Shown in pieces: positions 1 to 11,800 of a stretch of 64,000 nt of DNA. The stretch lies in contig JAYWIR010000011.1 in assembly GCA_036172245.1 (NCBI GenBank), positions 1,302,001 to 1,366,000 on the forward strand. The letters are read 5' to 3'. A program made the position numbers and the translations under genes. Within the stretch, counting starts at the first letter, position 1, and every line of letters begins with the position of its first letter. The notes under the pieces are model-generated. The model made no database searches. It was not told where the DNA came from and was given only the letters and a program-made list of their open reading frames with translations. The DNA comes from Raillietiella orientalis. Its lineage: Eukaryota.

Positions 1-1044
1 CTGCACTCCGGAGACTGGTCGAAAATCTCGAATGTCGAAATCCCGGAAGATCACCAGAAAGAAACACACGAGTGTTTCTTCCACACAGATTCATATACAT
101 ATTTATTTTAACATGCATGTTATTCGTATTTATTAACGTACATATTAATCAACAGTAATATTATTGGAGCAGGCATATTCATTAAGATTCAGGGACATTT
201 ATTTTATTGATAAAATTAATAAGCTATTAATATATATATATATATTAATTATAGGAAATAAATAGATGTGCTTATTATATACATCAGTATTTATATTTCA
301 GTAATGAGCATACACATTCATTTTTCGTAATTTTCTTGATATATATTAATCCATGTATTATCCATGTACATGTATGAATACGTATATTTTGCGCTCTTTC
401 GGGATTTTGATGTCCGCAACCACGTCGACAAATGCGGGCGCCAAGGCGCCATCAAAGTCGGAAGGCGTTCTGGCATCATTGGCGAGTGCTCATTTCGGCG
501 GGGCGACGCGACCTCTTCTCGCGGGAGCCGTGCGTAGCTCTCGGCAGCGCTCAACAATGGAAGCGCGAAGTCGAGACTGCAGGGGTGCCAGCGCTCCTCT
601 AAGTTCCGACCGGAGCGGCTCCACCACTGAGAATAGGATCTTGCTGAAATGGAACAGTGCGTAAGGGTTTTAGGGGTACGTATCCTACTTTGGCGCATGG
701 ACTCGATTGCACTTTCATTAGTGCGGAACCTGTGAGCTCTCAGAAGTTCACTTTCACTTCGTAATGAGGATCGGAGAACTTTCGTTCCAGGAAAGCGCAC
801 GAAAGCCAAGGTGCACCCTCTTACTTTTTGCACCGTGGAATGTTCTCGATGATCTTAAGGAAAGATTCCGCCAGGCAGGCTAGGTAAGAGAAAGCGAATG
901 GGGAGGGAGCCAAGAACAAACAGAAATCGGAGGCTGCACCAGAAAGTATCACTGGTGTGGGAACACTGTAGTCTTTTCCGAAGAAATGGAGCTCGAGTAC
1001 ACCGAACACACTGAAGCATTCGGGAGCAGCGTATTCGACTATGC

Positions 1045-1630
1045 GAGTTTATTTCATTTTATTTTACTTTTCTTCACAACAGCTCGGGTTTTCGACTTCT
1101 GCTCCTCTTCAGAAGCCCTGCTGCTCCACATCCCGGACTGATAAGACCTCCATGCGCTGCTCAAGTTGCGTGAGACCTTCGGGTCTTCTTCTCCCGTCAG
1201 GGTTGTTTTCCTTTCCGAACAGGAGGCTGACAACGCTGAACGAAGACTTCAGGAAGAAGACGGGGAGAGTGAAGTGCCTTCATCTGGGAAGGAGGTTCGA
1301 GAGAACCCACCGTTGTAGAGCCCTGGACGCATCGTAACGGAGAGCGTCGAAGGACTTTCGCCTCGACGTCCAACGTTTCGTACTCCGGTGGGGAGTTTCC
1401 ACCCCGTCACGCAGGGGCTCTTGCTGAAAAAACAAGAAACTTACAACGAATGGTGTAACACGTAATCCCACCATGTTCGATTCTGCAAGGAACCCCTCCG
1501 GCGAGGCTCACTTCGGCAGCGGTGGGGAGAGGAAAACAAAAAACAAAAAACAAAAGACAAAATAAAATAAAAAAATACATAAAAATAAATAAATAAAAAC
1601 TCTCTGTAGGGCCGGGAAGGGATCACTGCC
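1045..1630 (-). mobile_element. 3' end of a Tx1-like LINE copy
   Basis: Minus strand shows GATCCCTTC, a U-rich tract and CTGCCGAAG, the module that follows the zinc finger in other copies (3513, 9790). It ends in A-rich AAAGTAAAATAAAATGAAATAAA near 1047-1070. Confidence 0.6.
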
Positions 1631-1639
1631 CTCTTGAGA

Positions 1640-4050
1640 GAGTCTTCAGCATCCTATTCAGGAAGCACATTCAAAGTCGGCAAGTTCCTTCTGGATAGCA
1701 TCCAGGTGGGACCGTTTGAGTGCTATCAGGGGAAAGCAAGCTGCAAGCTGGATAGCGTCCCTTCCGTTCGCTCCTCCTTCAGCGTCGCTCCAGGCCACTA
1801 CAAATGCAGTGGATGCGGCAAAAAGCTGCTAAGTCTGCGCCTGGAGTCAGGGCATCCCACATGAAAAGGAGTCATACCTGGGCCTGCCAACCGGGACCCT
1901 CAGGGTCGTCTCGGAACATTTCCAAAATGGCCGGAGGGCAACACAGTTCACAAGCAGGTGCGGGAGGGATTCTCGTTCTTCGAACCTACGACAGTCCGAA
2001 CGCACATTCCCCAGTGGAAGTTGCAGGGAGGATTCCAGTGAAGCAGCAGAAGTGGTCTTTCCACTTCAGGGGGGGGGAGTGCTGCTATCCGCGAACACCG
2101 GGGGCCACTTCAGGTGTTCACTAAGAACACCCAGCATCTCTTCTCAATGTACAAGTCTACGCGGGGGGGCACCCCATCTAGGCGTCTGGCTTCTGCCAAG
2201 TGCCCTCCTCAGAAAAAGCATCGTCGTCGCGAGGGGGGGATCCGCTCCGCCCATGTGCTCTTGCTGGGAGGATTTCCGCAGAGAGCAGCGGGTGAGGATG
2301 CTGAGTCTCAGGCAGTTCGGTTCGTTCATCTTTGCGCACGTGCCAATTGTTTCCTCTAGCCAGGCGCTCGAGTTGGCAGGACAGCAGGCCATCCAGCCGT
2401 TCTCCTTCGCCAAAGGCGCCCATGTGTATCCGAGGAGACCTCATCTTCTCATCTTTCGGCCGGAGCACAAAATCTGGGAGGAAAGTCCTTCCGTTGAGAA
2501 CACACGGCTGGCGAGGAGGTGCATGGAAATGCACCAGGGGGCGCTCCGGTACTTTGTCAATGTGGTTGACTTCTTCCGCCTCATTGGGTTCTCCGTCTGG
2601 ATGCGAAGCACGCACGGGTCCTTCAGCTGGACTCGGGACCTTGGTTTACCCCACAGGGCAATTCTAAGAAGGTCCTTCGTCCGCTTTTTCGCCTCTGTGC
2701 GTGTGTGTGTGTGTTGGAGGGGGGGAGGGGGAAGGTAAACAAAAATCAGGGGGCGAAGGAGAGAAGCCGCCCACGCGTTCCAAACCGAGGCTCGTTCCCT
2801 GACCCCCTTGTCCCAGTGCTGCGTTCCCTCAGGAAAGAAAGGGACACAGTCACCCCAGCAAGGTGCTGCATAGCAGCGAAGAAAGTATCGGGGGCGTGAA
2901 CAACTCAGGAAATCACGAACGCTTCGACGCTGATTGACCCGTCTCAAAGACTTCTGGGCTGGGGCGAGCTGCTTGTCATCCTTCCGGAGGAATGTAGTGG
3001 CCCCCGGCACAGCTGAAACTGTGGCACCCTCCCTCTCAAACGGCGGGAGTTGGCGTCGCTAGTGTTGCATGGGGGAATCCCGTGAGAAGTGCGCCTTCCC
3101 CACTGGACCCGGGAGAGGTGGAGACCACGCTGTGGGGTGTGACAGGTACAGGAAGAAGGAGACCCTCCCGCATGTGCTGCCAGAATGTGCTACCCTCCGA
3201 CCCCCTTGCGATCGTTTAGCGTCGACCCTTGGAATCTCGGCGGGTGACCCCAGGGACATTTTCAGACGCCTCTTTGCGCGCGCTGTGCCGCACTGCCGCC
3301 AGCCGCGCTCCTCGAAGTTGCCTCATCCTGTCTTCGCGGGATGTCGGCGGTCTGGAACGCCGGAAGAGAGTGCCGGAATGGAAAGGACGCGATCCACTGG
3401 TCGAGAGAATCTTCTTGAGGACCGCCCCACAAGATGACCCCACCTGGGCAACATCCAGAGCGAACTTGCCGGCATCCTGGACGGGATGCAGAAGACACCT
3501 GGCAGAATACTACGATCCCTTCCCCCCTCCTCGTGTAAAATTCCCCTCACTCCTTGTTTTGTTTGTTTATTATTGTTTTTTTCGGTTTTCACTTTCCGCC
3601 CCCCTGCGCTGCCGGAGCGGACTCTGCCTGCCAACGGAACGGCGACTTGGCAGCCCCAAGGCATGTGATAGAACCACATGTTCCACCACATCGATGGGTA
3701 TTTTGATTGACACTTTTTACGTACTGAATTCCCCGGCATGACCAAGTGAGAAAACCGCGACCCATTCGGGCAAGTAAACGCGCCCTCCAGGAACGAGACG
3801 AGCGCCATCTTTTCTTCCTGGAGACGGCCGGACTAGGCGCTACTACTAGGCAGAAACGCCTGGTCCACTGGGGAGGGAGGGCAGTCGGACACTGCGCCTC
3901 CCCCCTTCCCCCTCCACATCGCAACGCACGTGCTCGGACACCGCGGAGCGAGGTGTTTTCCGGAGCAGATCCTTCGGCGGAGGGAGAAGGGTGTGCATCT
4001 CTTCCTTCCCTCTTCCCCACCGCAGGGCGTCCCAAGTTTGGTATCCCAGT
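1640..4050 (+). mobile_element. Decayed, internally deleted Tx1-like LINE (ORF1 Cys/His remnants, endonuclease remnants, zinc finger, 3' module)
   Basis: YQGKASCK...KCSGCGK at 1720-1825 (knuckle-like); VLLSANTGG and NVVDFFRL...SFSWTR at 2075-2640 (APE-like); CDRYRKKETLPHVLPEC at 3138-3190 (zf-RVT); shared 3' module from 3513. Confidence 0.65.
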
Positions 4051-4999
4051 CCCAGTGTGTGTGTGATGGACGACCGCGCCGAAGCCCCGATCTATCGGAC
4101 GGAGGAGCGGGAGAAGGGAGCAGACTCTTCGAGCTGGGGAACAGGAGGGATGGTCTGGGCGGCTGCACCTCGGCGCCTGCTGCGTCCGGAGCATCTGAAC
4201 GGCCACATTGCAGTGGACGAGGAAGCACCACCTCCTTTACCGGGGGGAGGAGGGGGAGTCCGCAGGGGTTGCAGCGGGAAGACTAGAGAGGAGGATGGTG
4301 AGGAGGACCTCCTCTCCCTCCGCGGACCCCTCCTCCTGCTCCGCCCCCACGTGCGCTCCTCAAGGGGTCTTACCAAGCCTTTCCGGGGTGGGGTGGGGGA
4401 GGGACCGCTAAAAGAACCCGCTTCCCCCCGGAGAGAGCTCGGCAAGGACCGTCCGATGCGGTGCAGCCTAGGACGGCAAAGGATAAAGAAAGCGAGGGGG
4501 ATGGGAAGGGGAGGAGAGGGGCCGTAGCAGGGGGCTGCTTCCCTCTTTCAAGGAGGAGAGCGAACGCAGTCCTCTATCACCTCATCACCCTCCCACGGGA
4601 AACAGGGGTGGGTGGGCGGGGTCGCTAGGGCGGTTTTCTTTTTTTTTTTTCCGGTCCCGCATCTTCACCTTCTCATCAGGGTACCTCCTCTTCCTCACGC
4701 CTCCCCTTTCGCCCCACTGAGCAGACCCGCGTCCTGTCCCTCCCACTTCTACCCTCACCCCTCGTCATTGCGGGAAAAATCTCGCCTAGACTCCTCGGTG
4801 GAAAGGAGGGAGCTGTGCGGTCGTCAAGGATGCTGCGTCCTGGAGAAGAGCGTTGTACCCCTCCCTCCATATCCTACTTCGACTGGGGGGGAGACTTCGC
4901 ACGCCTGCGTATCTCATTGGAAGCGAGAAGGTCCGCTGGAAGTGACAGGGTGACCGTGAGATGCCCCGCATAGGAGGGCACTCCAGGGAGAGGCAAAGG

Positions 5000-7900
5000 A
5001 GGATGGTGGGAGAGAACGCTACACCCCCTGCTGGCATACTTGGGGGCGTCTTCCTTCAGGGCAGTTCCGGGAGAAGGTGTTCTTTTCCCGATGACTCATG
5101 CCCCTCCGGGATCGAGCGAGTCCGGAAGCAGGGGGAACGCGGGACGTATGGAGGGCCGCGAGCCGGTCGCAGGAGGTCCACGGCAACTTTGTCACCATGA
5201 CAACGCCCGCTTGCTCCTCTCCGGGGACGGGGATAAGGGAGAGGAGCCGGGTCCTCAAGGGCCGAAGGCACATCTGTGCAAAGAAACCCCTCCCTCTCCC
5301 TACCCTGCGCTTCCTCGGGTGCCGACCCGAGGACGTGACTCCCGCTTCAGAAGGTACGGCGTTCTCCCTGGGACGTTTTCCTTCTCCTTCTCTTCCTCCT
5401 CTTGTTCTCCTTCCCATCTCCCCTGTGCCGGAACGGAACGAGGCCCTCGGCGAGCAGCCTTCCCGTCGCCGCTAGCTGGTCCTCCCGAAGGGGGCGCTTC
5501 GTGACCTCGCATGCTCGTGACGGGTCAGCCTGCAGAAACGCATGAGGGAGGAGGAGAGGAGGAAGAATGTGACACTCAGGCGTGGAGCTGGCCAACGTCG
5601 CGCTTGCTCCCACCTCCCTCCAGGAGTTCCCCTCCTCCAGGTTTCTCCACGGGCCGCCGTCGCTTCGCCCTCCTGACTGTCCACCGCAGCGTAAGAGCGT
5701 GCCCCCGGACCGTGAGAACAGGAGGCAGCGCGCGCGGAAGGGTCCCTCCTTCACCCTCCATCCTATGGGTCTTCATCCGGGGGCGCAGCGGCCAGTAATA
5801 GGGAGCTGCTACAGGTGTCCCCTTCTCTCCCCTCCTGGAGACCTGGACGACATCCCGAGCGCGCTCCCTTCCACTCGCTTGCACGCGTTTTCCCGGAGAC
5901 AGGCTGTGCATCCCACCGGGTTCCTAGAGACGGGAAACTCGCCCTCCTCGCTCCGGGAGTAGGCGGAACGCCCCCAGGGCGGTGAGGACGGGGGAGACCT
6001 CGTATGGGGCCTCGTGGAACCTCAGGGAGTTAGCTGCCCGGGTCGGACGTTCCTTGCTTCGTCCTTCTGCTGCGAAGAGACCGCGAGGAGCTCGTGCCCT
6101 GCACACCGGAGGTCGCTAGGGGAAAGACGCCAGCGACCCACCCCTTTTCTGAGCGCTAGGCGGGGTCCTTCGCTCACTCCCCCACCCCCGGGGCGTGTTC
6201 TCTGCAGGAAAGTCTCTGCCACTCCCTTCGGTGGGAAAGGGAGACGAGGGGGAGGGAGGGAGGGGAAGGGACTGGGAAAGCGCCGGAAAAGCGCGTCCCG
6301 ATTCTTGCCTGCCCTTGCGAGAGGAGAGGATGAAGCTTCTCCCGCTCTTCTCCTCCGAGAGGGAATGCGAGGTCGTGGCGCCCCCAACGCAGGGACGAGA
6401 CCTGCCCTCCCCCGTGCCCCTCTCTTCAGACTCGCCCTTTGGGGCGGGCGGACGGACGGAATCCAGGGGATCCGACTGATCCGCCTGCGGGAAAGACGGG
6501 ACCGCCTGAGGAGGGTAGGGAAGGGTGGGGTCCCTCCCTGTCTGAAAGGTGCGCATATTTCGGTTTTCTTACCTGTGACCCTCCCCCAAATCCCTCTCCA
6601 TCTCCGGTTCTTCCTCTCCGTGCCCTGATCCGCCGTGGCGTCCAGCCGGAAGGAATTTGAGATGCCCTGAGGCAACTCTCGCAGAACTCCGCTTTCCTCG
6701 CCTCCTTGCCGCTGCCGTGGTGGCGGCGGCGGCCTCCCCGTCCACGCCTCGGCCCTTTTCCGAGAGGCCTCGAGGACGAACTGACCGTATCCCTCCCTCC
6801 ATATGACAGAGGAAGGGGAGAGGAGGCGGGGAGGGACATTGCACTGCAGAGGGTCCACGTCGTCATGGCAAGGCCTCGCTTCCTTCCCTCAGCACGTCCC
6901 CGTCTCCAGAGGTCAGAAAACATCCTGGCCGAGGAAAAGGCGCGTCCGCTGCCTTTCCTGTTCTCGGAGAATGCGAAAATGAGACCGCAGGAGGGGGCAG
7001 CATCAGCAGTCCCCTGGCTATCTGTGGCAATGGATGATGGAGCTCCGGGACACCTCCGCAGCTGCACCAGCCTTCCAGCGCGTCTTCACCGGAGAGAGGT
7101 TCGCGTCTGATGACCGCAGAGGGGCACGCCGCTTCACGCTCCAGGGGCCCGCTGGCTCACTTTTCTCCTTCCAGGAGGGTCAGGTAGAAACGGCAGGGCC
7201 CTGCCTCGTCGTATCACTTCCCGACTAGCCCGGCTGCATCCCCAAGCTAACGGATCGGTCCAGGCGGCTTCTCTTCTCTTCCTCTTTTTCCCGGAGCCGC
7301 GAGGAGGGGAACAGGGATCCGGACGGCGGCAGCAGGGAAGGAGGCAATGGGGGGTATGCAGTGGGGAGACCCTTCGCCGATCTGGCTGATGATGATGGTG
7401 GCTACCGGTCCGTCAGCAGCTTCTGTGACAAGGCCCCGCAGGACCTCCTCCAACTCCCTACGCGCGAGAGTGCCCCTCCATCGCCGCTGGTCCTTCACTC
7501 TCTCGCTCCACCCGTTGCAGCCGGAATGCTCTCGCTCTCTCGTGCGTGCTCGTCTCCACGCGTCTGGCGAGCACAGCCAGAAGTCCCCAGGGTGTCTGCC
7601 TCGGCTTCTTCCCGCCGAGGAAGGAGAAGGGATATAAATAGTGGGTTTTGCCACTGCGGGAATCCAGTGGGCATGTCACGAGCCGGCGGTTCTCCATTCA
7701 GGGAAGGGGAGAGGGGGTTAACTCCTGCAGAGAGGAGGAAGAGGAGGAGGGGAGAGAGGCGTTGAAAGTCGAACCTGCCTGGTGTCCACGTAGTCATGAA
7801 GGACGGAAAGGGGGCAAAGGGGATGAGTCAGCTTGTAAGTTGGGGTGAGACGCTTGGCCTGCCGCGCGGGCGAGACTCGTCAGCTCGTCCTGGCAAGACG

Positions 7901-9050
7901 AGTCGCCCGTCCTGGACAGGAGGGGCTGGAAGTCGGAGGAAAAGGCTTTCTCGAGGGGTCGGGATCCTAGAGGGTGCTCAGGACCAATCGGCCGTCGCGG
8001 CACCATGTGGCGGCCAGCGACGAGTTCTCTGCCGGCTCCGTCCCGCCATCGGAACTCGAGATGCCCGCTCGTTCCGCTGCTCCCGGGATCGGACGACGGG
8101 AATTCCTCCTCCTCTCCTCCTCCGTGCCTCCCGAGTCGTTCGCAAACGCCGTTGCAGGGTGCTTGACCAGGGTTGGTCAGGTGGTGGTTCGTCCGCATCT
8201 TCGGGTTGGCCAGTCCTCGGGGCGAAGTGCCCAGCTGTCTTCCCAGCATCTGTATTGCGGCCGCTTGCGTCTCGGGCGCCCGGGAGGCTGTCCTTCGTCG
8301 CTGCTCCAGCCCCAGGTGTGTCATCTCAGGTCGGGCTCTCTCATTGCCTGAATGTCGTGAAACGACTGACCCCACTGAGAACCTTCAGCGCCCTTCGACT
8401 CCGACGCTTTCCCTCCACGTTCCCTTCTTTGCGCGGATAATGGCTTTCTGCCCTCTTTATTTTTTGGTTCCTCTTCCCCCCTCGCAACCGTCTCTTGGAG
8501 CTGGGAAAGTTCGGCTGGAGACATGGAAGCGTCGTTGCCGCCATGGGAAGAGGGTCTCCTTTGACCCCGATAGGACTCCAAGTGGGCTCGGAGGAGACCC
8601 GCTGCTGGGGCTGAGGATCACAGGTGTCTCGGGACACTCGCAGACAGGTCCTTCAGAAGCGAACCCGTCCATCCACCCCTTGATGTCTCAGGCCCTCGCT
8701 GAACCGCGGGCCCTGGTCACAGAGGGTCCACGGCGACTCCCCTGCATTCTTCCTCAGCACGCTGCCGTCTCCGGAGGCCGGAAAATTCCCGGCTGAAGAA
8801 AAGGTGCGTCCGCGATCCCTCTGCTGACCTCGGCGCACGTGACTCTAGTCTTTAGCACCGAGAGGTCGGCGTGTCTCTTTCCTTCCTTTTTTTTTATTCA
8901 GTTGCCTTCCCATTTCACCCCTCGCCCCCTACAAGATATTCCCCCCTCCTCCTTTACGAACCTTCCCCACATGAAGTCTATCGCCTCTTCGCACGATTTC
9001 TTCTCCTCATGTAGATGAATGGCCCGTCACACTTTCCGGATGAGGAAGTT
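5000..9050 (-). mobile_element. Cluster of very decayed LINE endonuclease-domain fragments
   Basis: 6845-6970 and 8720-8835 are alignable copies (cagagggtccacg...cctcagcacg...cgtctcc.gagg...gaaaagg.gcgtccgc). Minus translations give FSDLWRRG...MTTWT, MTTWTPGRFDF and TIYIPS...PGDF, which resemble APE motifs. Boundaries are rough. Confidence 0.45.
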
Positions 9051-9479
9051 TCTCCAGAGGTCACTCCGAGTAGGTCATCTTCACCCTCCGTAGACCTCGC
9101 TTTACCCGGCGGAAGGACCTCCCCATTTCTTTCCGACGAGTTCCCCGCTCGATTTTCACCAACGAAAAGGTGGCATCCAAGAGATGGACTGGACGGAGAA
9201 AGGAAGGGGGAGAGGGCAAAGGTCATGACTTCGGCGGTTTGGACATTGCCAGTTTTGCGTGAGAGGATTCTCCGGATCCCCGCAGAGGCAGTTTCCCTGC
9301 AGAGGTTCCGGCTGGGTTGATTTCCGCTGCTGCTGCCTCCCTCCTTCAGCGAGGTGCGCAAACGACCCCGGGTGCGTGTCGCTGGTCCGCAGGGGCCTGA
9401 CGTGGGGGCGGGCAAGGATCGATCTGCTCCGGCGCTGTCGCTTTCGCCGAGGGGGTTCGAGATAGGATGCTGCATGCAG

Positions 9480-10345
9480 GGGAAGGTAGAGGGGATCGGC
9501 TAGTCTCGCGGGAGACTCGCCGCGTTCGCGCGTGCACATCCCCCGATTCTCATCCTGCTCTCCTCTAGTCATCTGTGACCTCCCTCTGGTTTAGTCTTCC
9601 CGGGACGTTTATCATAAAAAATGTGTAGGGTTATCGGCCCTACGTCGTCCGGAAATGCTCGGAACCTGCCAAGTAACCGGCACGCAGGCCCGCGAGGTTC
9701 GCCTCGGCAGGAGGAGGGAGAAGGGGGAGGGGGCAGACAAATATATATATATATATATATAATCAAAAAAATTGGGAGGGTTAGAGAAGGGATCACCGGG
9801 TGTGGAGGGCGTCCTCTGCATCCTTTCCAGGATGCCGGCAAGTCCCATCCGAGTATGCCCCAGGTGGGGCATCTGGCTGCTGTCCTTAGGAAGAGCAGGG
9901 CAAAGCAGATGGTGGCCCTCGCGCCGTCCTTCTCCCGCGTAGCTCAAGGACACCAAGATCCCGGATAGGCAGCAGCAAAGTGCTTCTGGTGATGCGGCAA
10001 GGAAGAGGCGTCCCTGGGATCGTCCGTCGGTGCATTAAGGGCCGTTGCGTAACGCGACCACAGGGGCCAGAAAGCAGCACAGCCTACGAGCAGGTGCGGG
10101 AGGGATTCCTGTTCCCCACACCTGCAAAAGTTGGGGTCCGCAGCTCCCTGGATCCAGTGAGAGTGGCGGGCACTGCACGGGATACCCCGGTGCAATAGCG
10201 GAAGTGCCGAGTGCTGCCAGTTCAAGGGGAGGGACCGGTTCTTATTCAGAGTTAGGGGCCCCCCGAGGTCTTCCTGTAGGTCATCTGTGATGTCCCTCTG
10301 GCTGCCCCTTTCCCTTGGCACTCGCCTGCTTGGGACATGCGTCAC
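9480..10345 (-). mobile_element. Tx1-like LINE 3' fragment (zinc finger + 3' module)
   Basis: ORF 9944-10345 has DPNFCRCGEQESLPHLLVGCAAFWPLW (zf-RVT), followed by GATCCCTTC, a T/AT-rich tract and CTGCCGAGGCG. Confidence 0.8.
9741..9761. repeat. (AT)n microsatellite inside a LINE 3' tract
   Basis: Directly visible. Confidence 0.85.
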
Positions 10346-11078
10346 CTCCGGTGGGGTTCAACACCGCACCTCCGCCTCCTCTTCCCGTCCTCGCTCCCGG
10401 AAAGAACCCCAAAAGTAGAAGTGCCTTCCTTCTTCGAGGGCGCCAAGAAGTTCGGTAGGTCGGAAGGAACGGGAACGCAGATGCGAGCGGGACGCTGGTG
10501 GGTGGTGATCAGGACGGTGACGCGATTTCTTCTTCGCGGGAGAGGGGCGGGGGCTCTTTCACTTACCGGGAGGTTTTTGGTTTATGTCGACGTCAGCTCA
10601 CGGGAAGTCTTGGGATCATCAACGGGATCTATAGATGAAATTCGTTGTACTCGCCGACAGGTGCCTCTCTCTCCTCCTCCCTCCCTCCCCCCCCCTCACT
10701 CCCACTGGATCTGCGCAGGGAATCGGTAGGGAGGCTAGTCGGAGTGAAAAGCGGTGCCATCGGCGCCGCTTACCAATAAGCGGAGCGGAATTTCCTGCCG
10801 CGACTTCCGGTGGAACTCTCGGAGCGTCCGGTGACGGGAGCTAAGGGCAGGGTCCAAGGTCACGACGATTCTCCCGAGCGTCGTCGGCAACTGCGTCAAA
10901 GGGGTGCGGGATAGGAAAGGAAGGGAGGGAGGGGGAAGGGGAAGGGGAGAGAGGGAGCGAAGGAGAGGGGAAAAGCAGCACGCGAGCCGCCGCTTCGAAA
11001 AACTGAAAGGGCGTCGCGTCATCACCTGGCTGGCTGCCCGGCCGGTTCCCGTGCCCTTCCTCAACAAGCTCGTCAAGG

Positions 11079-11117
11079 GGAGGAGGAGGAGGAGGAGGAG
11101 GAGGAGGAGGAGGAGGA
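11079..11117 (+). repeat. (GGA)n microsatellite
   Basis: About 13 perfect units. Confidence 0.9.
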
Positions 11118-11754
11118 AGATGCAAAATCGATAACGGCGCCCTTCTTGATTCATCTGCGCGGGCGTGAAGGGGCAGCGCGGGAGCCGCGCCGAACTCCCT
11201 TTGCGGGGGTTGAGGGAATAAATAAAGCATAGCGCTCGCTCTTCGGCTGGTGGCGAAACCGGGCAGCTTCCCGCCTTCCTCCTCGCCGCATCCTTCCGAA
11301 ACGGGAGGCGGGAGGAACGCTTCCGGGATACGGGGCTCGCGAGACGGTTCCAGCCAATGTTATCTTTGAGCATCTTTGATCGGGAGACGTCAAAAGCACT
11401 GCGAGGGGGAAACCGCTTTCCTCTTGCGCAGCCGTTCGATAACTTCGGGAGCGGAGCATCGCTCGGAGCGGGGAGAGAGGGATGCTTCAGAGGCGGCGTG
11501 GTTGCGGATGGTGCAGGAGATCCGGGGAAGCTGCGGAGGCTCCCGGCTACGCTCGCGAGGACGGAGTCCGGCTGGCGGCAGGGATATCTGACGCGCAGAT
11601 CGCAGCGGCTCCGTGGGATGTAGTGGTCTCGGGACCGAACTCATCACCAGGCGGGGCGAGCAGACTCCGTCCGGGATGGAAACCAACAGTGAGTGGGCGC
11701 GAACGCTTTCGCTTTCCTCTCTCGGCGCGGGCTGGACGGACGGACACCCACGGA

Positions 11755-11800
11755 CGCGCGGGCTATAAAAAAGCGGACCGCCCTCCCACGCTTTCCAGAC
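11755..11800 (+). promoter_or_regulatory. Candidate TATA-box core promoter
   Basis: CGCGCGGGCTATAAAAAAGCGG in CpG-rich DNA with no recognisable LINE remnants, upstream of the plus-strand gene. No transcript evidence. Confidence 0.3.

Noticed and set aside
1080..1125. Hammerhead-like CTGAAGA...CGAAA on the minus strand
   Set aside because: CTGA is better sequestered in the GGCTTCTG/CAGAAGTC hairpin, and stems II and III do not form.
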